Below are positions 8,752 to 17,956 of a stretch of DNA of 43,514 bases, one piece after another. Position 1 is the first letter of the stretch; the number at the start of each line of letters is the position of its first letter. The notes under the pieces are model-generated. The model saw only the letters and a program-made list of their open reading frames with translations. It searched no databases and was not told the DNA's origin. The translations under genes were made by a program, and so were the position numbers. Origin of the DNA: an uncultured Candidatus Nanopelagicus sp. (GTDB lineage Bacteria; Actinomycetota; Actinomycetes; Nanopelagicales; Nanopelagicaceae); the NCBI GenBank assembly GCA_964344025.1, contig CAYFKM010000002.1, positions 1 through 43,514 on the forward strand. Direction: 5' to 3'.

Positions 8752-9696
8752 ATGGAAATGCGGAAATTGGGCGGGGTCTCAGTCTCGCGACTAGGGCTTG
8801 GCACCATGACTTGGGGGCGCGACACCGACGAACATGAGGCTGCCCAGCAGCTGCAAGAGTTTGTGGAGTCTGGTGGAAATTTTATTGATACTGCTGCGAT
8901 TTATGGCGATGGAGATGCCGAACGAGTATTAGGGGGCTTTATTGATACCTTGGTAAAGCGAGAAAATCTTTTTATCGCAACCAAAGCAGGAGTGAATTTC
9001 AAAGATGGTGTCAGGCAAATTAGTAATTCTAGAAATGATTTAATTTCAGATTTGGATAAATCTCTAGCAAGACTGAACATTGACCACATTGATTTGTGGC
9101 AAATACACAATTGGGATAAGAACTCACCTCTAGAGGAAACTCTCTCTGCATTAGATTATGCAGTTAGCTCGGGGAAAGTTCGATACGTTGGCATTTGTAA
9201 TTTTAATGGTTGGCAGTTGGCAAGATCAGCTACTTTGCAAAATCCAATATTTGGAAAAGCAGCAATAACATCGTCTCAAAACGAGTACTCACTCTTGAAT
9301 CGACGGGCGGAGTTAGAATTGGTTCCAGCAACACAATCTTTGGGTATTGGTTTTATCGCTTGGTCTCCCCTTGGAAGAGGGGTGCTCACCGGAAAATACC
9401 GAAGTGGTGTGCCATCTGATTCTCGAGGAGCATCGCCACACTTTGCTAATTTTGTTGAGCCGTATTTGAATGATCATTCTAAACAAATTGTTGAAGCTGT
9501 TTGTGTAGCAGCTGATGGGTTGGGGTACTCACCTCTTGAGGTTGCACTTTCATGGGTAAGAGATGCGCCCGGTGTCACCACAACTTTAGTAGGTGCACGA
9601 ACCGGGGCTCAGTTGCGAGGAATCCTTACCGTAGAGCAGGTAGTTCTGCCACAACAGGTACGAGTTGCCTTAGACGAAGTATCACTTCAAGTTTAA
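8752..9696 (+). CDS. Aldo/keto reductase
   Basis: LGLGTMTWG, IDTAAIYG, DLWQIH and WSPLGRGVLTGKY. Start moved to ATG 8752 to avoid overlapping the divergent gene. Confidence 0.93.
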   Translation: MEMRKLGGVSVSRLGLGTMTWGRDTDEHEAAQQLQEFVESGGNFIDTAAIYGDGDAERVLGGFIDTLVKRENLFIATKAGVNFKDGVRQISNSRNDLISDLDKSLARLNIDHIDLWQIHNWDKNSPLEETLSALDYAVSSGKVRYVGICNFNGWQLARSATLQNPIFGKAAITSSQNEYSLLNRRAELELVPATQSLGIGFIAWSPLGRGVLTGKYRSGVPSDSRGASPHFANFVEPYLNDHSKQIVEAVCVAADGLGYSPLEVALSWVRDAPGVTTTLVGARTGAQLRGILTVEQVVLPQQVRVALDEVSLQV

Positions 9697-11012
9697 ACAT
9701 TCTCTAAAAATTCGTACAGTACCCTTGCTCCAAATTTTAAACCATCAATTGGAACTCTTTCATCGACACCATGAAATAACGAGAAGAAATCAAGATCTTC
9801 GGGCAGTCTTAGTGGAGAAAAACCATAACCAACTATTCCTAGATCACTCAAAGCCTTATTATCAGTGCCACCACTCATCAAATAAGGAACTGGAATTCCT
9901 TCTTTATCCTCTTTGTAAATAGCATTACACATTGCCTCAACTAACGGTCCGGAGAAATCAGCTTCCAGCGCAATATCTCTTACTTGAATTTCTATCTCGA
10001 TATCATCTCCAGCCAATTTTTTTATTGTTTGATGTAGTGAGTCTTCCTGACCAGGTAAAAATCTGCCATCAACTACAGCACTAGCACTAGCGGGAATAAC
10101 ATTAGCTTTGTAGCCGGCATCGAGCATAGTTGGATTTGCGGTATTTGAAATTGTTGCACCAATCATTTTTGCAGCTTTTCCAAGATGTTTTAGAAGTGGC
10201 TTAACATTACTTCCGTTGTAAATGTCACCTGTGAGTTCAGCTATTTTTTTGAATAATAAACCATTTGTTTTTGTCTCAATTTCTGGCCACTGATACTCAC
10301 CTATTCGAGCTATTGCCTTGGAAATTTTCGTCACCGCATTATCTGCATTTACAAAAGATCCATGACCTGCAGTGCCTTTTGCTGTTAACTTTAACCATTG
10401 GATTCCTTTTTGAGCGGCTTCGACCAGATACAGTCTTTGCCCACCTGTAATAGTTACTGAAAAGCCACCAACTTCTGAAACTGCCTCACTGTAACCATTA
10501 AATAATTCAGGTCTATGTTTAACCAACCACCTTGAGCCATATGTACCAGAAGCTTCTTCATCAGCAAAAAAAATAAGCAAAATATTGCGAGGCGGTTGAT
10601 AGCCAATTCTGCTCCACAATCTCACAGTTGCTAACATCATTGCATCCATGTCTTTCATATCTACCGCGCCCCGACCCCAAATGAATCCATCCTTAATTTC
10701 GCCACCAAAAGGATCAACGCTCCAATCAGCCGCGTTAACTGGAACTACATCTAGATGACCATGGAGAATTAGACCTGGTCTTTTCTGATCCCTTCCAGAT
10801 ATCTTTGCAACTACATTCACCCGATTTGGAGCTGTTTCGATCAACTCGGATTTAATTCCTACTTCTGCTAATTTATCCGCAACATATTGAGCTATTGCGC
10901 TCTCATCCCCGACTCCCTCACCATGATTTACGCTGGCGAATCTGATCAACTCTTGACACAGTACAACCACTTCATTTTCAAATTCCTTGATTTGGTCTGT
11001 AGTCAATTCCAT
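9693..11012 (-). CDS. M20/M25/M40 family metallo-hydrolase
   Basis: HGHLDVVP, GRGAVDMK, ADEEA, GGTDNK and FHGVDERV motifs. Confidence 0.93.
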   Translation of the reverse strand: MELTTDQIKEFENEVVVLCQELIRFASVNHGEGVGDESAIAQYVADKLAEVGIKSELIETAPNRVNVVAKISGRDQKRPGLILHGHLDVVPVNAADWSVDPFGGEIKDGFIWGRGAVDMKDMDAMMLATVRLWSRIGYQPPRNILLIFFADEEASGTYGSRWLVKHRPELFNGYSEAVSEVGGFSVTITGGQRLYLVEAAQKGIQWLKLTAKGTAGHGSFVNADNAVTKISKAIARIGEYQWPEIETKTNGLLFKKIAELTGDIYNGSNVKPLLKHLGKAAKMIGATISNTANPTMLDAGYKANVIPASASAVVDGRFLPGQEDSLHQTIKKLAGDDIEIEIQVRDIALEADFSGPLVEAMCNAIYKEDKEGIPVPYLMSGGTDNKALSDLGIVGYGFSPLRLPEDLDFFSLFHGVDERVPIDGLKFGARVLYEFLENV

Positions 11013-11036
11013 AACCCCATCCTACAGACTCATCAT

Positions 11037-11064
11037 TTGCCTCACTTTCATGTTGCGATAAACT
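11037..11064 (+). promoter_or_regulatory. Putative sigmaA promoter of tRNA-Leu
   Basis: TTGCCT (11037-11042), 16 bp spacer, TAAACT (11059-11064), 8 nt before the tRNA. Confidence 0.5.
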
Positions 11065-11072
11065 GCAAACAA

Positions 11073-11156
11073 GTCCGGGTGGCGGAATTGGCAGACGCGC
11101 TAGCTTGAGGTGTTAGTGCCCGTAAGGGCTTAGGGGTTCAACTCCCCTCCCGGACA
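11073..11156 (+). tRNA. tRNA-Leu(GAG)
   Basis: Acceptor stem GTCCGGG/CCCGGAC, D-arm GGCGGAATTGGCAGACGC, anticodon loop TTGAGGT, long variable arm GCCCGTAAGGGC, T-loop GGTTCAACTCC. CCA is not encoded. Confidence 0.96.
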
Positions 11157-11188
11157 CAATTAGTTGACTTACTCAATATGCTTCACTT

Positions 11189-11713
11189 GTGACTAAAGAT
11201 CTAAATAATCTAATTCGTATTATTCCAGATTTTCCAAAGCCTGGAATAATCTTTAAAGATATAACACCGCTTGTCGCAGATGCACAAGCCTTCTCTTTTT
11301 GCTGTAATGAGATCGCCAAATTTACAGAGGATATTGATTATGTTGCCGGTATTGAAGCGCGGGGTTTTATATTTGCCTCTGCGGTTAGCGTTTTAACTGG
11401 TAAGGGATTTATTCCAATTCGCAAAAGTGGCAAACTCCCTGGGCATACAATCTCAAAAAGTTATGAGTTGGAATACGGCGAGGCAATATTGGAGATGCAC
11501 TCTGGTTTGATACCGACCGGCAAAAAAGTTTTGATAGTTGATGATGTTTTAGCTACCGGAGGCACTGCACTTGGTGCAGCACAGCTGCTACTGGAAGCAG
11601 AGTTGGTACCCACCGGATTCGCTTTTTTGCTGGAAATCCCCCAGTTGGGTGCAAGATCACGAATAGCAAAAGTACTGCCTGAGTTAAAAATTCATACGAT
11701 ATTGGCAGAATGA
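11189..11713 (+). CDS. apt: Adenine phosphoribosyltransferase
   Basis: PDFPKPGIIFKDITP, GIEARGF and VDDVLATGGT motifs. Confidence 0.96.
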   Translation: MTKDLNNLIRIIPDFPKPGIIFKDITPLVADAQAFSFCCNEIAKFTEDIDYVAGIEARGFIFASAVSVLTGKGFIPIRKSGKLPGHTISKSYELEYGEAILEMHSGLIPTGKKVLIVDDVLATGGTALGAAQLLLEAELVPTGFAFLLEIPQLGARSRIAKVLPELKIHTILAE

Positions 11714-11717
11714 GCCT

Positions 11718-12356
11718 ATGGCCGAATTGATTTATTACTGCGGAACTATGGATAGCGGAAAATCCACCTTGGCACTGCAAACTGCTCATAACCATAGATC
11801 TAGAGGCAGAGATGGAGTTATCTTTACTAGTAAAGATAGAGCTGGAAAAGGATTGATCTCATCACGTTTAGGTTTGCAAATAGACGCTCTTGAAGTTGAT
11901 GAGGATATGGATATTCATAAGTTGATTGTGGAGAGACTTTCGATCGGTGGGCGAATTAACTTTATTATTTGCGATGAAGCACAATTCTACTCCCCGGCAC
12001 AAATAGAACAGCTTGCAAAAATTGTTGATGGACTAGGTATCGATGTTTATGCTTTTGGCATTCTTTCAGATTTTAGAACAAAACTTTTTCCCGGAAGTGC
12101 TCGATTAGTGGAGTTATCAGATCGTGTCCAAACACTTCAAGTAGAGGCCTTATGTTGGTGTGGTGAACGAGCAACGCATAATGCTAGAACTGTGGGCGGT
12201 AAGATGGTGACTGAAGGCGAACAAGTTGTTGTCGGTGATGTCAGTACTAACTCGGAGGTTGCATACGAGGTATTATGTCGTCGTCACCATATGAGAAATG
12301 TAACCTCAAAGGTTTCTAATCCCGCCTCAGAACAACCTTTACCATTTAACAACTAG
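11718..12356 (+). CDS. tdk: Thymidine kinase
   Basis: GTMDSGKS P-loop, DEAQF, DFRTKLFPGS and Zn-site cysteines. Confidence 0.95.
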   Translation: MAELIYYCGTMDSGKSTLALQTAHNHRSRGRDGVIFTSKDRAGKGLISSRLGLQIDALEVDEDMDIHKLIVERLSIGGRINFIICDEAQFYSPAQIEQLAKIVDGLGIDVYAFGILSDFRTKLFPGSARLVELSDRVQTLQVEALCWCGERATHNARTVGGKMVTEGEQVVVGDVSTNSEVAYEVLCRRHHMRNVTSKVSNPASEQPLPFNN

Positions 12357-12363
12357 GAGAAGA

Positions 12364-13404
12364 ATGAAAACTAAGGGTTATGTAGTTAAACATGCCAAAG
12401 CACTACTAGAAAGTTATGAATTTGAACGCAGGCAGCTTCGTCCTAGAGATGTTGCATTAGATATTGAGTATGCGGGCATTTGCCATTCAGATATTCACCA
12501 AGCACGGGAAGAATGGGGTTCAGCGATATTCCCTATGGTTCCTGGCCATGAGATTGTTGGCAAAGTAACGCAGATTGGATCACAGGTAAGCAAATTCAAG
12601 GTTGGTGAAACTATTGGAGTTGGTGTTTTTATTGACTCTTGTAGATCCTGTGCAAGTTGCAATGCGGGGTTAGAACAATATTGTGTCGAAGGAATGACTG
12701 GTACCTATAACGCTTATGAGCGTGATGGTAAGACCATTGCATTTGGTGGATACTCAAATCGATTTGTAATCGATGAAGATTATGCTGTACATATTCCAAA
12801 AAATTTAGATATGGCTGGTGTAGCTCCATTGATGTGCGCTGGAATTACTCTTTATTCACCGTTAAGAAATTGGCAGGCTGGTCCTGGTAAAAAGGTTGGA
12901 ATCATGGGACTAGGCGGCTTAGGGCATATGGGAGTCAAATTTTCACATGCTCTAGGAGCTGAAACCACTGTTTTCTCGCATTCAGCATCTAAAGAAGCAG
13001 ATGCTAAGCGAATGGGCGCAGATAAGTTTATTGTCACAAGAGACTCTAAGGAACTAGATAAATTAAAACAAAGTTATGATTTAATCCTAAATACTGTTTC
13101 TGCAGACATAGATTTAGAGCCGTACTTACAACTATTAAAACTAGATGGCACCTTGGTCGTCATCGGCCTTCCAGGAAAACCATACGCTATAAATGCCGGC
13201 ACCTTACTTGCTCAACGACGGTCTTTGGCAGGTTCCATGATTGGTGGAATGGCAGAGTTACAGGAGATGCTTAATTTTTGTGGCAAACATAATATTGTAA
13301 GTGATGTTGAGGTTATTAAAGCTGATTACATAAACACTGCCTATGATAGAACTGTTGCAAGTGATGTTAAGTACCGTTTTGTGATTGACGCCTCCACCTT
13401 TTAA
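12364..13404 (+). CDS. Zn-dependent NAD(P) alcohol dehydrogenase (cinnamyl-ADH/AdhC-like)
   Basis: GICHSD, PGHE, structural Zn cysteine cluster, GLGGLG and VKYRFVID; AGGAG SD. Confidence 0.94.
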   Translation: MKTKGYVVKHAKALLESYEFERRQLRPRDVALDIEYAGICHSDIHQAREEWGSAIFPMVPGHEIVGKVTQIGSQVSKFKVGETIGVGVFIDSCRSCASCNAGLEQYCVEGMTGTYNAYERDGKTIAFGGYSNRFVIDEDYAVHIPKNLDMAGVAPLMCAGITLYSPLRNWQAGPGKKVGIMGLGGLGHMGVKFSHALGAETTVFSHSASKEADAKRMGADKFIVTRDSKELDKLKQSYDLILNTVSADIDLEPYLQLLKLDGTLVVIGLPGKPYAINAGTLLAQRRSLAGSMIGGMAELQEMLNFCGKHNIVSDVEVIKADYINTAYDRTVASDVKYRFVIDASTF

Positions 13405-14135
13405 ACAAACTGCTGAGCAACCAGGGCAAGTATTGGAGCAAAGGCAAGTGAAGGCAGTAGATTTCCAATCTCAATATTTTTTAACCGCAGCAAGCGCAGT
13501 GAGATCCCAATTAGTAAAATCCCGCCTACAGAGGTCATAGCTAATACCTGGTATTCAGCCAAAATTGATCCCAAAAATAATCCAATTGCTGTCCAGGTAA
13601 ATTGATATATGCCCACCGGAATACTAGAGAGTGCAACTCCCCAACCAAGTGATGCGCCAAAGGCAAGGGCGGCAAACCCATCTAACGTACTTTTCAATAC
13701 TAATTGATCAATGCCAGTTCCCATTCCATCTGAAATACTCCCTAAAATGGCAAGTGGACCAATAGCAAAAATCAAAGATGCAGATACAAAGCCCTCAACA
13801 AAATTATTCCCATCGCTTTTGGCAAACCTTGCCTTCAAATCTTCACCAAAGTGTTCAAGACGATCCTCGATTCTCATTAAACTTCCAAAAACTGCTCCAA
13901 GAATCAAAGAAAATACTATTACCAGCAATGCCCAGCCTCTTGGCATTGCATTTTGAAAAGTTGGATCCCAAAAATCTATCAATGCATCAGCAGCAGAAAT
14001 AATTGTCACACAGCCGAGCGCATCAAGAATTAGATCCCGAAGTTTCTGGCTGATTCTTCTACCAATAAAGACACCTAGAGCTCCACCTAAGATAATTGTA
14101 AATATATTAAGTACTGTGCCTATGCCAGGAAACAT
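13401..14135 (-). CDS. DUF554 (YdfK/YqgA-like) membrane protein
   Basis: GTVLN, FVEGFVSASLIFAIGPLAILGS, KSTLDG and NLLPSL motifs. Confidence 0.9.
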   Translation of the reverse strand: MFPGIGTVLNIFTIILGGALGVFIGRRISQKLRDLILDALGCVTIISAADALIDFWDPTFQNAMPRGWALLVIVFSLILGAVFGSLMRIEDRLEHFGEDLKARFAKSDGNNFVEGFVSASLIFAIGPLAILGSISDGMGTGIDQLVLKSTLDGFAALAFGASLGWGVALSSIPVGIYQFTWTAIGLFLGSILAEYQVLAMTSVGGILLIGISLRLLRLKNIEIGNLLPSLAFAPILALVAQQFV

Positions 14136-14998
14136 CAAGCAAACCTAACGAAGGACAAGAGACCAAAAACTAAACAGTAGATAGCAAAAGGATTAAGTGT
14201 CCTTGTTTTAAACCATTTAACGAGAAATGTAACACTGATATAAGTACAAATGAATGAAACTATGCAGCCAACAATTACTTGCCCAATTATCTGATTTGTA
14301 CTTGTAGTAAACAATTCAGGCAGCTTAACGATTGAAGCTCCAAGAATTACTGGTAGGGACAACAAAAATGCAAAATCTGAGGCTACTGAGTGGTTTAACT
14401 TACTCAATAGACCGGCGCTCATAGTGATTCCAAATCTACTTATTCCTGCAAACAAGGCTAGGCTCTGGCCAAAACCAATCACCACTGCCCTTCTTAAATT
14501 AACTCTTTGATCAATTTCGGCATCTGAATCTTTCAACTCATGAATCTCATCCCGTTTTGCCAAGCGTTCTGCACCAATTAAAATAAGTCCGTTAACTGTT
14601 AGAAAAATCGAAGAGAATTTTGGGCTACCAAAAATACTTTGAAAATAATCATCAAAGGCCAAACCTAGAATTCCAACTGGAATGGTAGCTATTAGAATAT
14701 AACTCAAAACCCTAAATTGAGTATTTTGCAAGTTCTTATCTGCAATTGCTGTCAGACTTCCTTTTATCAATCTAGACCATCTCTTTCTAAACACTATGAA
14801 CAAAGCCACAGAGCTTGAAAGGTGCATTGCGATTGTCACCAATAAATAACTTTGATTTTCAGTGCTAATGAACTCCCTAAAAGTGCCACCAAGCCAGGCT
14901 GGTATAAGAATCGCGTGTCCTAGACTTGAAATAGGAAAAAGCTCAGTTATACCTTGAATCACACCAATAACTACGGCTTGCCAGTAAGTAAAGTCCAA
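14135..14998 (-). CDS. uppP: Undecaprenyl-diphosphate phosphatase
   Basis: QGITELFPISSLGH, GISRFG and FAFLLSLP motifs. Confidence 0.94.
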   Translation of the reverse strand: MDFTYWQAVVIGVIQGITELFPISSLGHAILIPAWLGGTFREFISTENQSYLLVTIAMHLSSSVALFIVFRKRWSRLIKGSLTAIADKNLQNTQFRVLSYILIATIPVGILGLAFDDYFQSIFGSPKFSSIFLTVNGLILIGAERLAKRDEIHELKDSDAEIDQRVNLRRAVVIGFGQSLALFAGISRFGITMSAGLLSKLNHSVASDFAFLLSLPVILGASIVKLPELFTTSTNQIIGQVIVGCIVSFICTYISVTFLVKWFKTRTLNPFAIYCLVFGLLSFVRFA

Positions 14999-15039
14999 AA
15001 GGTACCAATCGCTCGATAAGTTACAACTATAGTTTACCA

Positions 15040-15747
15040 GTGAGCATCTCTAATAATTCCAAGAATCCAGTACTTAGACTCATTAGTTTTCTAAAGCCGT
15101 CGCGAACTATTCCTCAAACTCCATGGAGAGCAGACTCGACTTGGTCTATTGGCCTTGGCAAACACCATTTGCAACGGCTTTTCATTTTGATTTTTGGATT
15201 GACAATTTTCGGAATTGGCGATGCATTCTTGATCATTACAAATTTAGGTAACTCACCTTGGACGGTACTTGCTGAAGGTATCTCACTAAATACTCCACTA
15301 AATATTGGAGCGTCAACTTTTCTTGTATCAACTGTGGTGCTCCTTTTTTGGATTCCCCTAAAGCAAATGCCAGGTTTTGGCACGATTGCAAACATAGTAG
15401 TAATAGCCATCGCCATAGAAATTGGACTTTTCATAATTCCTGAAGTGGAAAGTATTTTTCTAAAAATTTTTTACATACTCTTTGGAATCTTGCTGGTAGG
15501 AGTTGGATCTGCCCTTTACATTACTTGCGGTCTGGGAACAGGTCCACGCGATGGCTTGATGACAGGCCTTCACTTTCGCACCGGAGTGAGGGTAGGCAGG
15601 GTTCGTCTTGTTCTGGAATTGTTGGCTTTGAGCTGCGGGTTTCTGTTAGGTGGCACGCTTGGGGTGGGTACTGCACTATTTGCTCTGTTAATTGGTCAAT
15701 CGGTAGCGGTATCCCTCGGTGTGGTATCCCGACTTACTGCCAAGTAA
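15040..15747 (+). CDS. YczE/YyaS/YitT-family membrane protein
   Basis: LGNSPWTVL, PGFGTIAN, GLGTGPRDGLMTG and LGGTLGVGT motifs. Confidence 0.87.
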   Translation: MSISNNSKNPVLRLISFLKPSRTIPQTPWRADSTWSIGLGKHHLQRLFILIFGLTIFGIGDAFLIITNLGNSPWTVLAEGISLNTPLNIGASTFLVSTVVLLFWIPLKQMPGFGTIANIVVIAIAIEIGLFIIPEVESIFLKIFYILFGILLVGVGSALYITCGLGTGPRDGLMTGLHFRTGVRVGRVRLVLELLALSCGFLLGGTLGVGTALFALLIGQSVAVSLGVVSRLTAK

Positions 15748-15774
15748 CCCATAGATTTCTCATATTCCCTCGGC

Positions 15775-15795
15775 TTGTCAGACCGCATCTGACAA
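15775..15795. promoter_or_regulatory. Perfect 8-bp inverted repeat upstream of the NCS2 permease (operator, promoter element or RNA hairpin)
   Basis: TTGTCAGA-ccgca-TCTGACAA in the intergenic region. Confidence 0.45.
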
Positions 15796-15838
15796 CATGT
15801 CGAAAACACCATGTTAAAAAAACAGAAGGGTCTATTCC

Positions 15839-17275
15839 ATGCTTGATAGCTTCTTTAAAATCAGTCAGCGTGGCTCAACCGTAGGTCGCGAGGTTCGTGG
15901 CGGAATCGTCACTTTCTTTACGATGGCTTACATTGTTGCGCTAAATCCACTCATCATCGGTCTTGCAAAAGATGCAGATGGAAAATACATTGGCGGAGGC
16001 GATGCACCTAATCTTGCCTTAGTTGCTGCAGCCACCGCACTCATAGCCGGCGTTATGACCATTTTAATGGGCGTAGTCGCTAACTTTCCTTTAGCCATTG
16101 CAACCGGTTTAGGTTTAAACACATTTGTTGCCGTTGGTATCGCCTCTAAAATGACCTGGGCGGATGCCATGGGATTAGTAGTCCTAGAAGGCTTAATTAT
16201 ATTAATTTTGGTGCTAACTGGATTTCGCACTGCGGTCTTCAGAGCTGTACCTACCCAATTAAAAATCGCAATCTCCGTCGGTATTGGTCTTTTTATAGCC
16301 CTTATCGGTTTGGTGGATGCTGGATTTGTTCGTCGCACAGGCACTGGACCAGTTCCAGTAACACTAGGTGACAATGGAAATCTAGTTGGTTGGCCAGTTA
16401 TTGTCTTTGCCTTTGGACTAATTTTGACCATTGCATTAATGGTTAAAAAAGTTAAAGCTGCAATTCTGATCGGAATTGTTACCTCGACTGTAATTGCTAT
16501 TGCGATTGAATCTGCATTTAAGATCGGACCATTATTTAATGGAGCTACTGGAGCAGTAAACCCAAAGGGATGGAATCTAAATGTTCCTGCCCTGCCTGAG
16601 TCTATTGCTGCTTCTCCAAGCTTTGGAATACTTGGAGATTTCAACTTACTAGGTGGTTTTGATCGTATCTCCTTGGTAGCTGCGGTGCTCTTGGTGTTTA
16701 CACTTTTGCTCGCTGATTTCTTTGACACCATGGGAACAATGACTGCTATTGGAACTCAAGCTGGCTTAGTGGACAGAAATGGTAATGTCGAGGGTGCCAA
16801 TCGCATTCTTCTTGTTGACTCAATTGCTGCAGCTGCCGGTGGAGCTGGTTCAGTTTCTTCAAATACCTCATATATTGAATCTGCATCAGGCGTGGGAGAA
16901 GGTGCACGAACTGGTCTAGCATCTGTAGTTACTGGAATTTTATTCTTATTAACAACATTCCTAGCGCCACTTGTTGCAGTTATTCCTTACGAAGCTGCCA
17001 CTCCAGCACTAATTGTCGTCGGATTTTTGATGATGACTCAGATAAAGGGTATCGATTGGGATGATCTTGGAATTGCAATCCCTGCATTCCTAACTATCAT
17101 TTTAATGCCATTTACTTACAATATATCAGTAGGTATTGGCGCCGGATTTGTATCCTATGTATTAATCAGATTATTCCAGGGACGCACTAAAGAAATTAGC
17201 CCACTTATGTGGGTTGTTGCTGGACTATTCATGATTTACTTCTTGCAATCTCCAATCAATATCTGGACTGCTTAA
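15839..17275 (+). CDS. NCS2-family (AzgA-like) nucleobase permease
   Basis: EVRGGIVTFFTMAYI, GLGLNTF, DFFDTMGT, YIESASGVGEGARTGL and MPFTYNI motifs. Confidence 0.94.
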   Translation: MLDSFFKISQRGSTVGREVRGGIVTFFTMAYIVALNPLIIGLAKDADGKYIGGGDAPNLALVAAATALIAGVMTILMGVVANFPLAIATGLGLNTFVAVGIASKMTWADAMGLVVLEGLIILILVLTGFRTAVFRAVPTQLKIAISVGIGLFIALIGLVDAGFVRRTGTGPVPVTLGDNGNLVGWPVIVFAFGLILTIALMVKKVKAAILIGIVTSTVIAIAIESAFKIGPLFNGATGAVNPKGWNLNVPALPESIAASPSFGILGDFNLLGGFDRISLVAAVLLVFTLLLADFFDTMGTMTAIGTQAGLVDRNGNVEGANRILLVDSIAAAAGGAGSVSSNTSYIESASGVGEGARTGLASVVTGILFLLTTFLAPLVAVIPYEAATPALIVVGFLMMTQIKGIDWDDLGIAIPAFLTIILMPFTYNISVGIGAGFVSYVLIRLFQGRTKEISPLMWVVAGLFMIYFLQSPINIWTA

Positions 17276-17287
17276 GAATCTAAAATA

Positions 17288-17319
17288 GAAAGGGTGGATA
17301 CTAATGTATCCACCCTTTC
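17288..17319. terminator. Putative bidirectional terminator between NCS2 permease and ung
   Basis: Perfect 14-bp stem GAAAGGGTGGATAC-taat-GTATCCACCCTTTC between convergent genes. Confidence 0.8.
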
Positions 17320-17956
17320 ACCATTTAATTGGTGTTAGTTCCTTTTTTGCTAGCATTGAATTTGTATTGCTAAATGGTCTAGAGCCAAAGAAACCACGAT
17401 AAGCTGAGAGCGGACTTGGGTGCGCTGATGTTATGAAGCAGTCATTCTTAAAATACTTTGAAAGTTGAAAGGCCTGTTTCCCCCAAAGAATTCCAATAGC
17501 CCCGCTTTTAGCAACATGCTCAACCACTGATTGTGTAAACCTTTCCCATCCTAATCGCTGGTGAGATCCCGGCTTAAATGGAGCAACAGTTAAAGTACGG
17601 TTTAAAAGCAGTACTCCTTGCTCACTCCAATCCGAAAGATCTCCATTACTTCTTTTATACCCCAGATCATTTTCCAACTCTGTGAAGATGTTTCTAAGAG
17701 ATGCTGGTAAAGGATTAGTGCCAGACTTAACTGAAAATGCCAGTCCCATTGCATGTTTTGGATTTGGATAAGGATCCTGACCAACTATTACTACTTTTAC
17801 CTGCTCTGGTGATAATTGCAAAGCCCGAAAGATATCCCTTGCTTCTGGTAGAAACTCACCACTTAAATTTGCTGATATTTCTTCAAGAAGTTTAAGATCC
17901 AAAAACTTTTTCCAAGCTGCAGGCAGCAGCTCAATTAAATCACCGAGCGCGAGCAA
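17318..17956 (-). CDS. ung: Uracil-DNA glycosylase (family 1)
   Basis: GQDPYP, SLRNIF, GVLLLN and HPSPLS motifs. Start uncertain; TTG 17956 chosen to minimise overlap with the ABC gene. Confidence 0.93.
   Translation of the reverse strand: MLALGDLIELLPAAWKKFLDLKLLEEISANLSGEFLPEARDIFRALQLSPEQVKVVIVGQDPYPNPKHAMGLAFSVKSGTNPLPASLRNIFTELENDLGYKRSNGDLSDWSEQGVLLLNRTLTVAPFKPGSHQRLGWERFTQSVVEHVAKSGAIGILWGKQAFQLSKYFKNDCFITSAHPSPLSAYRGFFGSRPFSNTNSMLAKKELTPIKW

Noticed and set aside
15748..15838. Canonical purine (guanine/adenine) riboswitch upstream of NCS2 permease
   Set aside because: Conserved aptamer core and three-way junction are not visible
15928..16731. 267-aa minus-strand ORF
   Set aside because: Entirely antisense to the NCS2 permease, no recognisable motif; typical shadow ORF of a hydrophobic gene
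17288..17319. Inverted repeat as MITE or REP element
   Set aside because: Single copy in the window, between convergent genes; best explained as a terminator
11073..17320. Integrative element or prophage at tRNA-Leu
   Set aside because: No integrase or phage genes, no duplicated tRNA 3' end found by eye, no obvious compositional shift
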